Positions 40,704 through 50,736 of a stretch of DNA of 64,000 nucleotides are shown here, one piece after another. Origin of the DNA: an uncultured Bacteroidaceae bacterium. Lineage in GTDB: Bacteria; Bacteroidota; Bacteroidia; Bacteroidales; Bacteroidaceae. Position 1 is the stretch's first letter. Every line of letters starts with the position of its first letter. Location of the stretch: positions 4,425-68,424 of the forward strand of contig CAYVNW010000008.1 in assembly GCA_964452915.1 (NCBI GenBank). The letters are read 5' to 3'. A model generated the notes under the pieces. That model saw only the letters and a program-made list of their open reading frames with translations, had not been told where the DNA came from and ran no database searches. The position numbers were made by a program, and so were the translations under genes.

Positions 40704-43700
40704 GTCTTTTACTGCAGCATATTCAATCAACCTCTTATATACAGGATTCTGTGACAGCAAACTTTTGCTTCCCACAACAAACATTTGTTTTCTTGCACGT
40801 GTAACCGCTACATTTAGCTTCCTATCAACTGCCACACCATCCTGCACAACTATATTGGAAAGCAAGTCCAGTTCATATCGTTGACTTATGGTAGTACCAT
40901 ATATAATAATATTCTTTTGACTGCCCTGATACCGCTCAACAGTATCAATCAATATATCATCAGCCATGATCCCGACTGAATATAAGGCGCTCCTCACTGC
41001 CGTAATTTGGCGACGGAATGGAACTATAATTCCTATTTCTGATGCTACATCGAATGACAGTCCATTCTTAAGAGCCAAATTATTTAGTTCAACAACAATC
41101 TGAGCAATTTGTTTTGCCTCAGCAACATTCATCTTAGGAGTTCTTTCCAACACAGGCGGTGACGGAACATTGATAAAGCCAAACCGTGTTGTGGCAACGA
41201 AACGTTCATTATTGTCAAATACCCTATATGGCAATTCTTCTTTCTGGTGCTCTAATCCAAGCGTTTGGAGTGCTTTGTCATAAAATGTAGAGCTGGCAAA
41301 CTGTGCAATATCAGGATGCATACGCCCTTGAAAGGTAAGCAATGCACAAGACCCTGCAGTATCAGCATGAGCGGTAACATAATCATATAATCTCTCGAAC
41401 AAAGAATTACGGCAATCGAACAGTCCTATTGTATGAAGGATCGTTGACTTGACCTTGGAAGTCTCTTCACCTTGCACAACAACAGCAGGCAATTGTTTGT
41501 GATCACCAATCATAACAAACTTCCTTATTGAAGGAACTCCATTGCGTTCATCGCAGAGTAAAGGCAACAACTGAGGTTCTAATATCTGCGAAGCCTCATC
41601 AAATATAGCCACATCAAACGATTTAAGTTTGAAAAGTTCTATTGACGAGGAGATAGCACTTACAGTACCCACTACTATAGGCATGTCCTTAATCAGCTTG
41701 ACGAACGAAGTCCTACGTATGTCGTCACCTGCCATATTTTCAATTAAGTGCGAATGATATTTTGGATCACACGAAAGCTCTCGTCCGACACGTATATATT
41801 TTTTGTCCACCAATGCCTTACATATTTCATCAACAGCGCGGTTAGTGTAAGCAAGAAGTAGCATAGAGTTGTGTTCAAGAAGAAACTCATCAACCATTGA
41901 TTTCAATGCTACAGAAGTCTTACCAGTACCAGGCGGACCTACAAGCAAAAAATAATCTTTTGCTTGCTTCGCCCGTAGAACGATATTTGTCATATATGCA
42001 TTGCCATATTGCCCTTTAAGCATTACAGACGCATCAATCTCCGGTTTTCTTTGGCACAATAAAAGTTCCCTCCTTCGTTTTGAAGTCTTAAGAAAAGAAT
42101 ACAACCCATGATAAAGCGTACGCATAGAAGAGTCCATATATTCGTGTTCTATTGCATACATACTATTTATATGAAATATATTAGGATTACTTTGAGGATG
42201 TCTCAGTTTAAGAGTTATAGAATCATTATCAAACGACTCGACGCCACAACGTATCACCTGACGTGTTGTAGCCGAATCTGCACCTGTGTTCCTCTCGTAT
42301 AATATTACCGAATCTCCTTTTCTGAAGTTAGGAGATGCAATTCCCGTGACAGTTGGCTTCAACAGTCGTACAGATGAAATTTCATTGCCTTCCGAATATA
42401 TAAAGCCATTATCCTTGCTTATGTTGTCAAATTTCAGGTCAATCATAATATCTCCATTCTGCAACTTTGTGTCTAAGTCAGCATTCCATAAGTTCGACAT
42501 ACCTCTCGTTGAATCAATACTACCATCTCCTACCCTGGCAAGATATTGTTCACGGGCAATGAAAGTAAAGAAAGAGTAAAAATACTCCATTGAAAGTCTA
42601 TCTGATGTATGTAACGGTTCTATCATACGTTCGATTTCCGGTTTCTCATAGTCGGTCCATAGTTTACCGTTCACACCGTTTGTATTCAAGTCGTCCGCCT
42701 CCAAACCATCAAGATACTTCTTTATTCTGCCGTTTTTCAAGTTTTGCTCAAGTAGTATAATGCTGTTTCTTACCATCATCATACGATGTACCATTGCTTG
42801 TGCAGTACGTTGTTCCAACAACATTGGATACTTTGAATAAAGCAAGTAGCCCCCGATTGACTGCCTTGATATACCAAGATTGTAAAACAATATTTCTTTA
42901 TACAAAATCATCTGCATCACATGTTCCTCACGTGCAGTCTGATGGAATTTATCCCATTGTCCAGATTTCATTTCTATCAGATTCTTGTAGTCACCTTGTA
43001 GGAAATCAAAACGACCTTGAATGCCAAGAGCCTCAGAAAAGAAAGATGGTTCGAGCAGCACATTACCTTCTGCTCCAATAAAATTTGTATCGGAGTATAG
43101 TTGAGCTACAGTCCGTCGGATGTTGTCGAACTGATGTTCACACTCATTAAAAAAACTTGCATCAATATCATCACAAGCAGATATGCCAATCAGATTAGAC
43201 TTGAAAGCTTTACGGATAGATTCTTGGTAAGTTATATTAGGATTGTTGATTTGGTCATCAAGGAATTGTCCTGTTATGTTTCCTAAAATGGTGTACTTAG
43301 TTGTTGGTGAAGGAGCTATTTTACGCAGGAGATAATTTAATGGAGAGTCTCCATAATCTTTTATACAACTGCAAACAGCGGTAACATCTATCAGATAATC
43401 TGGTTCTATGATTATCATCTCAGGAATTACTACGCCAGCGTCACTATTCACCTTTGATGAAACTACATTAAACTGCATACCAACTTTCAAATGATCAGCT
43501 GCGTCTTGTGTCTGATCATTCGAAGAGAAATCAATTTTCCATTGTTTATTACGCTGATACTGGCCTGATACCGCATATATAATATTTTTCTCTTTTCTAC
43601 GGCACACAAAGCGCATTGAAGCAACAAATTTCATGTGTGTTTGCAAAACAACTTTCTTTTGTTCCACAACCGTCTGGCATGCATCAATATGCTTTTTTAT

Positions 43701-44042
43701 GTCCTGTCTTATATTATTTGGAATCTGAGTTCCTGTAAAATGCGCATATGCATCAAGAAACGAGGCAATATCAATATAATAATTTGTTTCGTTAACCTGC
43801 TCATCATCATTTATCACACGCCTTGCCCTCCATCTGAACCGGTCGACATCATAAAGTCGATATTTTGTATGTCTGCATACAGCCTCAAGCTGAGAGAAAA
43901 AATCATTATACACAATACCTTGTCCACTAGTACATTGTGTACAACACCGGTGAAGGACTTCATAGAAATAGCCATATTTTTCTCTCAATCCGAATTTCTG
44001 AGAAAAATACACATTTTCTATGTCTTGCCATGAATCTATCAT
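40701..44042 (-). CDS. Dna2-like nuclease-helicase (PD-(D/E)xK RecB/Cas4-type nuclease + SF1B Upf1/Dna2-type helicase)
   Basis: Nuclease motifs: GRFDFL, LIEMKSG (ExK), QMILY (QxxxY). Helicase motifs: LLVGPPGTGKTS, VAIFDEASQ, VMIGDHKQLP, YQGSQKNIIIYG, VAVTRARKQMFVVG. Residues 1-330 and about 400-690 are unassigned. Confidence 0.85.
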   Translation of the reverse strand: MIDSWQDIENVYFSQKFGLREKYGYFYEVLHRCCTQCTSGQGIVYNDFFSQLEAVCRHTKYRLYDVDRFRWRARRVINDDEQVNETNYYIDIASFLDAYAHFTGTQIPNNIRQDIKKHIDACQTVVEQKKVVLQTHMKFVASMRFVCRRKEKNIIYAVSGQYQRNKQWKIDFSSNDQTQDAADHLKVGMQFNVVSSKVNSDAGVVIPEMIIIEPDYLIDVTAVCSCIKDYGDSPLNYLLRKIAPSPTTKYTILGNITGQFLDDQINNPNITYQESIRKAFKSNLIGISACDDIDASFFNECEHQFDNIRRTVAQLYSDTNFIGAEGNVLLEPSFFSEALGIQGRFDFLQGDYKNLIEMKSGQWDKFHQTAREEHVMQMILYKEILFYNLGISRQSIGGYLLYSKYPMLLEQRTAQAMVHRMMMVRNSIILLEQNLKNGRIKKYLDGLEADDLNTNGVNGKLWTDYEKPEIERMIEPLHTSDRLSMEYFYSFFTFIAREQYLARVGDGSIDSTRGMSNLWNADLDTKLQNGDIMIDLKFDNISKDNGFIYSEGNEISSVRLLKPTVTGIASPNFRKGDSVILYERNTGADSATTRQVIRCGVESFDNDSITLKLRHPQSNPNIFHINSMYAIEHEYMDSSMRTLYHGLYSFLKTSKRRRELLLCQRKPEIDASVMLKGQYGNAYMTNIVLRAKQAKDYFLLVGPPGTGKTSVALKSMVDEFLLEHNSMLLLAYTNRAVDEICKALVDKKYIRVGRELSCDPKYHSHLIENMAGDDIRRTSFVKLIKDMPIVVGTVSAISSSIELFKLKSFDVAIFDEASQILEPQLLPLLCDERNGVPSIRKFVMIGDHKQLPAVVVQGEETSKVKSTILHTIGLFDCRNSLFERLYDYVTAHADTAGSCALLTFQGRMHPDIAQFASSTFYDKALQTLGLEHQKEELPYRVFDNNERFVATTRFGFINVPSPPVLERTPKMNVAEAKQIAQIVVELNNLALKNGLSFDVASEIGIIVPFRRQITAVRSALYSVGIMADDILIDTVERYQGSQKNIIIYGTTISQRYELDLLSNIVVQDGVAVDRKLNVAVTRARKQMFVVGSKSLLSQNPVYKRLIEYAAVKD

Positions 44043-44067
44043 TTATGCCACTGAAATAATAACAATG

Positions 44068-44075
44068 CAAAGTTA
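44068..44075 (-). promoter_or_regulatory. -7 promoter box TAnnTTTG (TAACTTTG)
   Basis: Exact match 25 nt upstream of ATG 44042. Confidence 0.6.
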
Positions 44076-44158
44076 CACAATCAGTTTCAAAAGGACAAGA
44101 TATAGAAATTTTTATTTATGCATTACATCATGAATTAACAGGAAAGTATGCGAACTCT

Positions 44159-44527
44159 TTATTTACGCTCTGTGTTATTAACACACATATTTTTTAGTTT
44201 GCAATAACGTTGACACTGCTCTGTAATGTCATATCCAAGGAGAGCACCAAGAATAAAGTCTTCTTCAGGACTAAGAGAGTTCAGTGGACGGTTCACAATA
44301 TAATGAATTGTGTCCATGCAAGCCTTGTTCCCAAAAAACAAGTTGATGTTATCGTTACTTAGATACTGTATGTAATAGTCTATACCTTGGCTTTCAAGTT
44401 TCTTTACTGCCAACGGTTCATATTGGCGTGGAAAAGTATAGAGGACCATTGGTCTCACACCTTTCTTATATTGATATATTTGTTCGGAAAGAACTCTTAT
44501 GTCAGCGGGAACTAATTCTTCTTGCAT
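44159..44527 (-). CDS. small conserved hypothetical protein (probably DUF2023 family)
   Basis: IYQYKKGVRPMVLYT and EEDFILGALLGYDITEQCQRY fit my recollection of DUF2023. ATG 44527 chosen because the -7 box at 44548-44555 excludes the TTG start at 44545. Confidence 0.55.
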   Translation of the reverse strand: MQEELVPADIRVLSEQIYQYKKGVRPMVLYTFPRQYEPLAVKKLESQGIDYYIQYLSNDNINLFFGNKACMDTIHYIVNRPLNSLSPEEDFILGALLGYDITEQCQRYCKLKNMCVNNTERK

Positions 44528-44547
44528 CGTACCAATTTTTTTCAATG

Positions 44548-44555
44548 CAAAGTTA
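44548..44555 (-). promoter_or_regulatory. -7 promoter box TAnnTTTG (TAACTTTG)
   Basis: Exact match 20 nt upstream of ATG 44527. Confidence 0.55.
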
Positions 44556-44637
44556 GGACCATTAATTCATATAGCCAATACCTAAAATTATTGATTTTAT
44601 ATAGTATCTTAACTGGTATTTCATTAACGTCATACTA

Positions 44638-44690
44638 AATTTGAGTGATGGGACCACTTAAAACACAGCATACAGCCCACCACTCAAATT
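44638..44690 (-). terminator. long stem-loop downstream of the nitroreductase gene (possible terminator)
   Basis: 15-bp stem AATTTGAGTG(G)TGGG / CCCA(T)CACTCAAATT with one G.U on the - transcript only, and a 23-nt loop. Only a TTT tail follows. Confidence 0.5.
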
Positions 44691-44717
44691 CCAGTTAAGC
44701 ATTAACTTATACTCCAA

Positions 44718-45329
44718 CTATCGAATATATTTTATCTTAGAAAGATCTCTTGGCTTTGCTTCTGGACTTTCATCCGGATATCCAATTGCAATAATATAGC
44801 AAAGGTCATATCCGTCTGGAAATCCTAACTTTTTAATGTACGGCTTAGCTTCTTCAGAGTGTTTTAAGAAATTTACAGGTCCTCCAAGACAGCACGTGCC
44901 CAAGCCCATTGACTGTGCAGCAAGAACCATGTTTTCTCCAAGCAAACCACAATCAATCGACCCGTTACCTCCAGGAGTCGCAATACAAATAATCACAGGA
45001 GCATTTCTGTACATGTTTTTGAAATTAGGGTCGCGTTTTGACATTTCAGCATTCGCTTTAACAAAGAGATTGGTTGTCTCTTTAATATAATTCGAGTCTT
45101 CCACAATAGTAACAGCCCATGGTTGAGCATTCATACCGCTTGGTGCATTGATACCACACTTCGCGATAACTTCAAGTTTTTCATGCTCCACTGGCTTATC
45201 CAAGTATTTTCTCACTGAGCGTCGTGCCATAATGGTGCTAATAACATCATTTGATAACTGATCTGTCTGCGCAAAAGTAAGCGTAGACATAACCATCATC
45301 AGACACAATAAAAGACTTTTTACTTTCAT
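44718..45329 (-). CDS. nitroreductase-family protein with Sec signal peptide
   Basis: MKVKSLLLCLMMVMSTLTFAQ signal, then RRSVRKY, APSGMNAQPW and a nitroreductase-like C-terminus. Confidence 0.85.
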   Translation of the reverse strand: MKVKSLLLCLMMVMSTLTFAQTDQLSNDVISTIMARRSVRKYLDKPVEHEKLEVIAKCGINAPSGMNAQPWAVTIVEDSNYIKETTNLFVKANAEMSKRDPNFKNMYRNAPVIICIATPGGNGSIDCGLLGENMVLAAQSMGLGTCCLGGPVNFLKHSEEAKPYIKKLGFPDGYDLCYIIAIGYPDESPEAKPRDLSKIKYIR

Positions 45330-45372
45330 AGTTTATATATTAATTACTATTCTCTAATATTTTCTCTATCAA

Positions 45373-46980
45373 CTATTCCCACTCAATAGTAGCAGGTGGT
45401 TTCGAAGAGATATCGTAGCATACACGGTTCACACCCTTTACTTTATTGATTATATCATTACTAACTTTTGCCATAAAGTCGTACGGTAATTTAGCCCAGT
45501 CTGCAGTCATGGCATCAGTCGATGTAACGGCACGAAGAGCTACAGGATGCTCATATGTCCGCTCATCACCCATAACACCCACCGAGCGTACTGTAGATAA
45601 CAGGATTGCACCAGCTTGCCATATTTGGTCGTACAAACTGACCTCTATTTCTCCGTCAGTCATGCTTGCAGGTACACCTGCGGCAAGTACTCTGCGCGCC
45701 TCTTCGCCCGAAAGCCGAACCTTGTACTCACGCAATCCACGTATGTATATATCGTCTGCCTCTTGCAATATATGCACTTTGTCAGGAGTGATATCCCCCA
45801 ATATCCGTACAGCCAGTCCTGGACCAGGAAATGGATGGCGAGTTATTAAGTGTTCCGGCATTCCGAGGCTGCGCCCCACCCTACGAACCTCATCTTTGAA
45901 CAACCACTTTAATGGTTCACAAAGCGACAAATTCATATCTTTAGGAAGACCACCTACATTATGATGACTTTTAATAGTCTTTCCCGTGATGTTGAGACTT
46001 TCAATTCTGTCTGGATAAATTGTACCTTGAGCAAGCCATTTGGCTTCCTTTATTTTTTTCGCCTCTGTATTAAACACTTCAACAAAATCACGACCTATAA
46101 TCTTACGTTTTTGTTCCGGATCAGTTACGCCCGCAAGATCTGAGAAAAACTTCTTGCTTGCATCAATCCCAATCACATTCAATCCGAGGCACTCGTAGTC
46201 GTGCATTACATCACGGAATTCATTCTTACGTAACATTCCGTGATCCACAAATATACATGTCAACTTATCACCTATTGCTCTGTTTAGTAACACAGCAGCT
46301 ACCGATGAGTCAACACCACCAGACAATCCAAGTATGACACGATCAGTACCTATCTGTTCCTTCAATTCCTTAATTGTCGATTCAACAAACGAAGCACTGC
46401 TCCAGTCCTGTTTGCCTCCGCATATATCAACAATAAAATTCTTCAACAATTGTTTTCCTTGAAGAGAGTGGAACACTTCCGGATGAAACTGTACACCCCA
46501 TACTTTTCTTTCCTCTATCTGGTATGCCGCATATTTTACTCTGTCCGTTGATGCTATTTTACGGAAATTACTTGGCACATCAACAATTGTGTCACCATGA
46601 CTCATCCATACTTGGCTGTTGATCTCAATATCCTTAAATAGCGGATTACTCTGTTCTATCCATTGCAAATTAGCGCGTCCATACTCACGTGAGCCCGCAG
46701 ACTCTACCCTTCCGCCAAATGTCTGAGCAATCAATTGAGCCCCGTAACATATTCCGAGCACCGGATATTTGTCAATTATTGGCTGTAAGTCTAATTTGAA
46801 TGCTTTCTCATCATAGACACTAAATGGAGAGCCACTGAGTATTACCCCAATTATAGAATCATCTTCATACGGAAACTTGTTATATGGAAAAATTTCACAG
46901 AAAGTGTTGAGTTCACGTACTCTGCGTCCAATGAGCTGCGTGGTTTGCGAACCAAAGTCAAGAATAATGATTTTTTGCAT
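45373..46980 (-). CDS. guaA: glutamine-hydrolysing GMP synthase
   Basis: GATase domain (ILDFGSQ, GICYGAQ, HPE), ATP-PPase SGGVDSSV, terminal [11 protein letters not shown] 46980 chosen because the -7 box overlaps the longer TTG-initiated ORF. Confidence 0.96.
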   Translation of the reverse strand: MQKIIILDFGSQTTQLIGRRVRELNTFCEIFPYNKFPYEDDSIIGVILSGSPFSVYDEKAFKLDLQPIIDKYPVLGICYGAQLIAQTFGGRVESAGSREYGRANLQWIEQSNPLFKDIEINSQVWMSHGDTIVDVPSNFRKIASTDRVKYAAYQIEERKVWGVQFHPEVFHSLQGKQLLKNFIVDICGGKQDWSSASFVESTIKELKEQIGTDRVILGLSGGVDSSVAAVLLNRAIGDKLTCIFVDHGMLRKNEFRDVMHDYECLGLNVIGIDASKKFFSDLAGVTDPEQKRKIIGRDFVEVFNTEAKKIKEAKWLAQGTIYPDRIESLNITGKTIKSHHNVGGLPKDMNLSLCEPLKWLFKDEVRRVGRSLGMPEHLITRHPFPGPGLAVRILGDITPDKVHILQEADDIYIRGLREYKVRLSGEEARRVLAAGVPASMTDGEIEVSLYDQIWQAGAILLSTVRSVGVMGDERTYEHPVALRAVTSTDAMTADWAKLPYDFMAKVSNDIINKVKGVNRVCYDISSKPPATIEWE

Positions 46981-47004
46981 CTTTGTAATTACTGAATTTA
47001 TTTG

Positions 47005-47012
47005 CAAAGATA
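47005..47012 (-). promoter_or_regulatory. -7 promoter box TAnnTTTG (TATCTTTG)
   Basis: Exact match 24 nt upstream of ATG 46980. Confidence 0.6.
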
Positions 47013-47217
47013 ATAAAAATAAACGAGCTCAACATTGCATTATATGAAAAAACACACGTAATCAATATTTAACCGTCTTGTCATCCTTTCATGTCTCATC
47101 ATTCCAAGGTATATCCATCCAATCATTCAGAAATTACATAGTGATGCATACATTGTGAATCATAATAGCAATGTACATTATGATTTCAGTTGACTCCCCG
47201 TTTAGTAACACTGTCTA

Positions 47218-47748
47218 TTACTGCATAGACAGGTTATATATATATTTGCTAAATGTAAAGGAGATTATCCTATTATGCACTTTATGCACTTCCGGCATAT
47301 CCTTTGCTCCATTATAATACTTCTCGTATGCACTTCTGGAAAACACAATGTCAAATTCGGATTCGATTTGCGAGAATGTCGGCCTCTCTAATATCCCCAT
47401 ATCAACCAACACACGTAAGGTATAAACAAGGTCCCGACCTCCTTTGCCATCAAGGAGAATATGCAAAGTACTTATTATCTCTTGCTTATGATTTTCTACT
47501 AATACGCATGAAATGAATGATTCCGACTGCTTGTGTTCTGGAGTAAGTACCATAGGCTTGTCGGCATTAGTATCCTTGGAAACACTCAAGTAAACATTTT
47601 CAGACGCCTCATGGTAGTGTTTTATATGGGATTGAGTCTCTTGAATAGCATTGGGAACTGTCATGTCCTCACAGAATTTCGGCTCTGATAACTTGTCATC
47701 AAGTAATGGTACTCGAACCTCTAAAGTATCGTTTAAGTCACTTATCAT
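47218..47748 (-). CDS. hypothetical protein, unknown family (paralogue of 15380-15871)
   Basis: See 15380-15871. Monocistronic, lying between the rfb-operon hairpin and the guaA promoter. Confidence 0.7.
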   Translation of the reverse strand: MISDLNDTLEVRVPLLDDKLSEPKFCEDMTVPNAIQETQSHIKHYHEASENVYLSVSKDTNADKPMVLTPEHKQSESFISCVLVENHKQEIISTLHILLDGKGGRDLVYTLRVLVDMGILERPTFSQIESEFDIVFSRSAYEKYYNGAKDMPEVHKVHNRIISFTFSKYIYNLSMQ

Positions 47749-47775
47749 AATTTATAATTTTCTTCATTTGCGCTG

Positions 47776-47783
47776 CAAAGATA
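47776..47783 (-). promoter_or_regulatory. -7 promoter box TAnnTTTG (TATCTTTG)
   Basis: Exact match 27 nt upstream of ATG 47748, with CAAA (-33 TTTG) at 47803-47806. Confidence 0.65.
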
Positions 47784-47800
47784 CAAAGATTAAAAACAAT

Positions 47801-47832
47801 AGCAAAATAAATTGAGTTACATTTAGTCGCAT
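47801..47832 (-). promoter_or_regulatory. conserved -33 / upstream element shared with the paralogue promoter
   Basis: 23 of 32 identical to 15923-15954 at the same offset from the -7 box. Shared core is CATTTAGT(T/C)GCA. Confidence 0.5.
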
Positions 47833-47930
47833 TCGCATTGTGACAGACTATCAACCGACACATTTTGCACCATATTCATTAGCATTGTGCAACATATAGA
47901 AATTATTTTTTGACGTAGATGATACAAATA

Positions 47931-47966
47931 TGCCCCCTGTATACTGAGCGAGAATGACAGAGGGCA
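47931..47966 (-). terminator. stem-loop downstream of rfbB (possible operon terminator)
   Basis: On the - transcript, TGCCCTCTGT-16 nt-ACAGGGGGCA, 10 bp with one G.U. Only a weak U-tract (TATTT) follows. Confidence 0.45.
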
Positions 47967-48002
47967 AATCATACTTTTATTTTTCAGACAAGAGAGCGAG
48001 AA

Positions 48003-49169
48003 CTATCGTTTTTTATACATACTATCGTAATACTTCTCGTATTCACCCGATGTTATATTATCCATCCACTCCTGATTGTCAAGGTACCAACGGACAGTCT
48101 TCTCTATTCCTTCTTCAAATTGTAATGAAGGTTCCCATCCGAGTTCCCGCTGAAGTTTTGTGGAGTCAATGGCATATCTGGCATCATGTCCTGGACGATC
48201 GGTAACATAAGTGATAAGGTTCAAATCCTCCCCTTCCTTACGACCCAGCAAACGGTCAACAGTACTGATGACAACCTTTATTATATCAATATTCTTCCAT
48301 TCATTGAAGCCACCGATGTTATAAGTCTCGGCAATTTTACCATTATGGAATATTACATCAATAGCACGTGCATGATCCTCAACATACAACCAGTCGCGAA
48401 CATTCTCACCCTTACCATATACAGGCAGAGGTTTGCGATGACGGATATTGTTGATAAACAATGGTATCAGTTTTTCGGGGAACTGATAAGGGCCATAGTT
48501 ATTTGAACAGTTTGTCACGATTGTAGGCATTCCATAAGTATCGTGAAAGGCCCGTACAAAATGGTCGGAACTAGCTTTCGATGCAGAATAAGGAGAGTGT
48601 GGATTGTATTTTGTCGTCTCATAGAAGAAATCCGTGCCATAAGCAAGATGATGCTTACTGCTTGACGCTGTAGTTGAAAACGGAGGTTCAATACCCTCAG
48701 GATGAGTCATCTTTAATGCTCCATAAACTTCATCAGTAGAGATATGATAGAAGCGACAAGGAATATCCTTTCCATCTGCATTCTTCATCACGAAAGGAAT
48801 TGGTTGTTCACCCCAATACAACTTAGCAGCTTGAAGCAAACTCAACGTTCCAAGCACGTTAGTACGTGCAAAAGTAAATGGATCCTTGATACTGCGGTCG
48901 ACATGGCTTTCAGCTGCCAAGTGAATAATACCATCTACCTTCTCATCTTGAATCAGTTTATAGAAGCTGTCGAAATCACATATATCCATCTTAACAAACT
49001 TGTAGTTCGGCTTATCCTCCACATCCTTTAAGTTGGCAAGATTGCCAGCATAAGTCAGTTTGTCAAGATTAATAATCTTGTACTCAGGATATTTATTTAC
49101 GAAAAGTCTGACAACGTGACTGCCTATAAATCCGGCACCACCAGTAATAACAATAGTTCTTTTGTCCAT
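48003..49169 (-). CDS. rfbB: dTDP-glucose 4,6-dehydratase
   Basis: TGGAGFIGSH, YSASKASSDH (YxxxK), and the overall RmlB pattern. Confidence 0.95.
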   Translation of the reverse strand: MDKRTIVITGGAGFIGSHVVRLFVNKYPEYKIINLDKLTYAGNLANLKDVEDKPNYKFVKMDICDFDSFYKLIQDEKVDGIIHLAAESHVDRSIKDPFTFARTNVLGTLSLLQAAKLYWGEQPIPFVMKNADGKDIPCRFYHISTDEVYGALKMTHPEGIEPPFSTTASSSKHHLAYGTDFFYETTKYNPHSPYSASKASSDHFVRAFHDTYGMPTIVTNCSNNYGPYQFPEKLIPLFINNIRHRKPLPVYGKGENVRDWLYVEDHARAIDVIFHNGKIAETYNIGGFNEWKNIDIIKVVISTVDRLLGRKEGEDLNLITYVTDRPGHDARYAIDSTKLQRELGWEPSLQFEEGIEKTVRWYLDNQEWMDNITSGEYEKYYDSMYKKR

Positions 49170-49198
49170 AAATGAATTTTTTTATCGGATGAATGGAG

Positions 49199-49768
49199 TT
49201 AAATTTTGAATGGTGAGTTGAAATCTTTCAAGCACACATGTTTAGTATCTTTTTCGCTCAACAGAGCATGCTCAGTCGGAATCATCCAATCGATGCCCAA
49301 TGAATTGTCGAGTATTGAGATGCCACCATCAGCCTCCGGATGATAAAACTCATCACATTTGTATTGGAACACCGCAGTTTCTGATAATACAGAAAAGCCA
49401 TGTGCAAAACCCTTAGTAATAAGGAATTGACGATGGTTGTCCTCCGTAAGTTCTACAGCGACATGTTTTCCGTACGTCGGGCTTCCCTTGCGTATATCAA
49501 CAGCAACATCGAGAACACGTCCTCTGACACAACGAACTAGTTTACTCTGAGTGAATGGAGGAACTTGGAAATGCAGTCCACGCATGACACCATAAGTCGA
49601 CATACTTTCGTTATCCTGTACAAACTGAATTTTATGGCCTAATATAGGCGTTACCTTCTCATCGAATTCCCGTTCTGAGTAGCTTTCGAAAAAATAGCCA
49701 CGGGCATCACCGAATACCTTTGGCTCTATAATCAACAAGCCTTCTATATCCGTCTTTATAACATTCAT
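49199..49768 (-). CDS. rfbC: dTDP-4-dehydrorhamnose 3,5-epimerase
   Basis: FGDARGYFFE, RGLHFQ, KLVRCVRGRVLDVAVDIR, GFAHGF. Confidence 0.95.
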   Translation of the reverse strand: MNVIKTDIEGLLIIEPKVFGDARGYFFESYSEREFDEKVTPILGHKIQFVQDNESMSTYGVMRGLHFQVPPFTQSKLVRCVRGRVLDVAVDIRKGSPTYGKHVAVELTEDNHRQFLITKGFAHGFSVLSETAVFQYKCDEFYHPEADGGISILDNSLGIDWMIPTEHALLSEKDTKHVCLKDFNSPFKI

Positions 49769-49781
49769 ATATCAATCTTTT

Positions 49782-50720
49782 TTATTTCATTTTGCCGAGG
49801 TTGCGCAGGCAAACCTTCAGAGAATCGGTCCAATAAGGAATTCTAATTCCAAAAATATTCTTTATCTTAGTCTTGTCAAGTACAGAATACGACGGGCGAG
49901 TGACAGGAGAAGGGAATTCATCAGAATGGCATGGTTGTATGTTACAGTTGGTGTTTCCACTATATTCAGCGATCATTTTAGTGAAATCAAACCAGCTGCA
50001 TACACCTTCATTGCTGTAATGATATATACCTGTCTTGGCGTATGCACCTTTATCCTTTTGTGCTGTAACCTTATAGTCATCTATCACTGTTGCAATCACA
50101 TTAGCCAAATCAAACGCATATGTGGGAGTACCGGCCTGATCGAACACAACCTTCAATTGGGGCTTGGTGGCAGTAAGACCAAGCATGGTCTTACAAAAGT
50201 TCTTGCCGAATTCCGAATAGAGCCATGCAGTACGAATAATTACATAACTGCATCCAGAAGCAATGATTTTTTGTTCGCCATGCAATTTCGTCAGTCCGTA
50301 CACTCCGGTAGGTGTCCCTTTTTGCTCTTCTCTACAAGGCACGTTATAAGGTTCTTTACCGAAGACATAGTCAGTACTGATTTGTATTAACAAGCCACTG
50401 ACATCTTTCATTGCCTTAGCCAGATTAGCAGGTGCATCTGCATTGAGCTTTTCTGCCAATTCTCCGGCAGACTCAGCAGCATCGACATTTGTATATGCAG
50501 CGCAATTGACAATAACTTGAATGTTATTATCAGCCACCATTTTTTTGATTGCATCAAGGTCTGTTATATCAAGATATGTAGTTTCAACACCTTCAATATT
50601 GTTCACATCAGTGAAGACATAATTGTCCGACTTTCCTTTTGCAACAATGCGCATCTCATTGCCCAACTGTCCGTTAGCTCCTGTTATAAGTATATTCATT
50701 CCCTTTATATTTTTATCCAT
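49782..50720 (-). CDS. rfbD: dTDP-4-dehydrorhamnose reductase
   Basis: MNILITGANGQLG Rossmann fold and YGLTKLHGE. An alternative ATG at 50699 would start exactly at MNILITG. Confidence 0.9.
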   Translation of the reverse strand: MDKNIKGMNILITGANGQLGNEMRIVAKGKSDNYVFTDVNNIEGVETTYLDITDLDAIKKMVADNNIQVIVNCAAYTNVDAAESAGELAEKLNADAPANLAKAMKDVSGLLIQISTDYVFGKEPYNVPCREEQKGTPTGVYGLTKLHGEQKIIASGCSYVIIRTAWLYSEFGKNFCKTMLGLTATKPQLKVVFDQAGTPTYAFDLANVIATVIDDYKVTAQKDKGAYAKTGIYHYSNEGVCSWFDFTKMIAEYSGNTNCNIQPCHSDEFPSPVTRPSYSVLDKTKIKNIFGIRIPYWTDSLKVCLRNLGKMK

Positions 50721-50736
50721 TCACTTTTGGTCTATA

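Noticed and set aside
45446-45964. 172-aa ORF antisense to guaA (similar cases at 56128-56733, 27895-28350, 5086-5457 and 60342-60707)
   Set aside because: All are embedded opposite well-supported CDSs, and none has a promoter box or motif.
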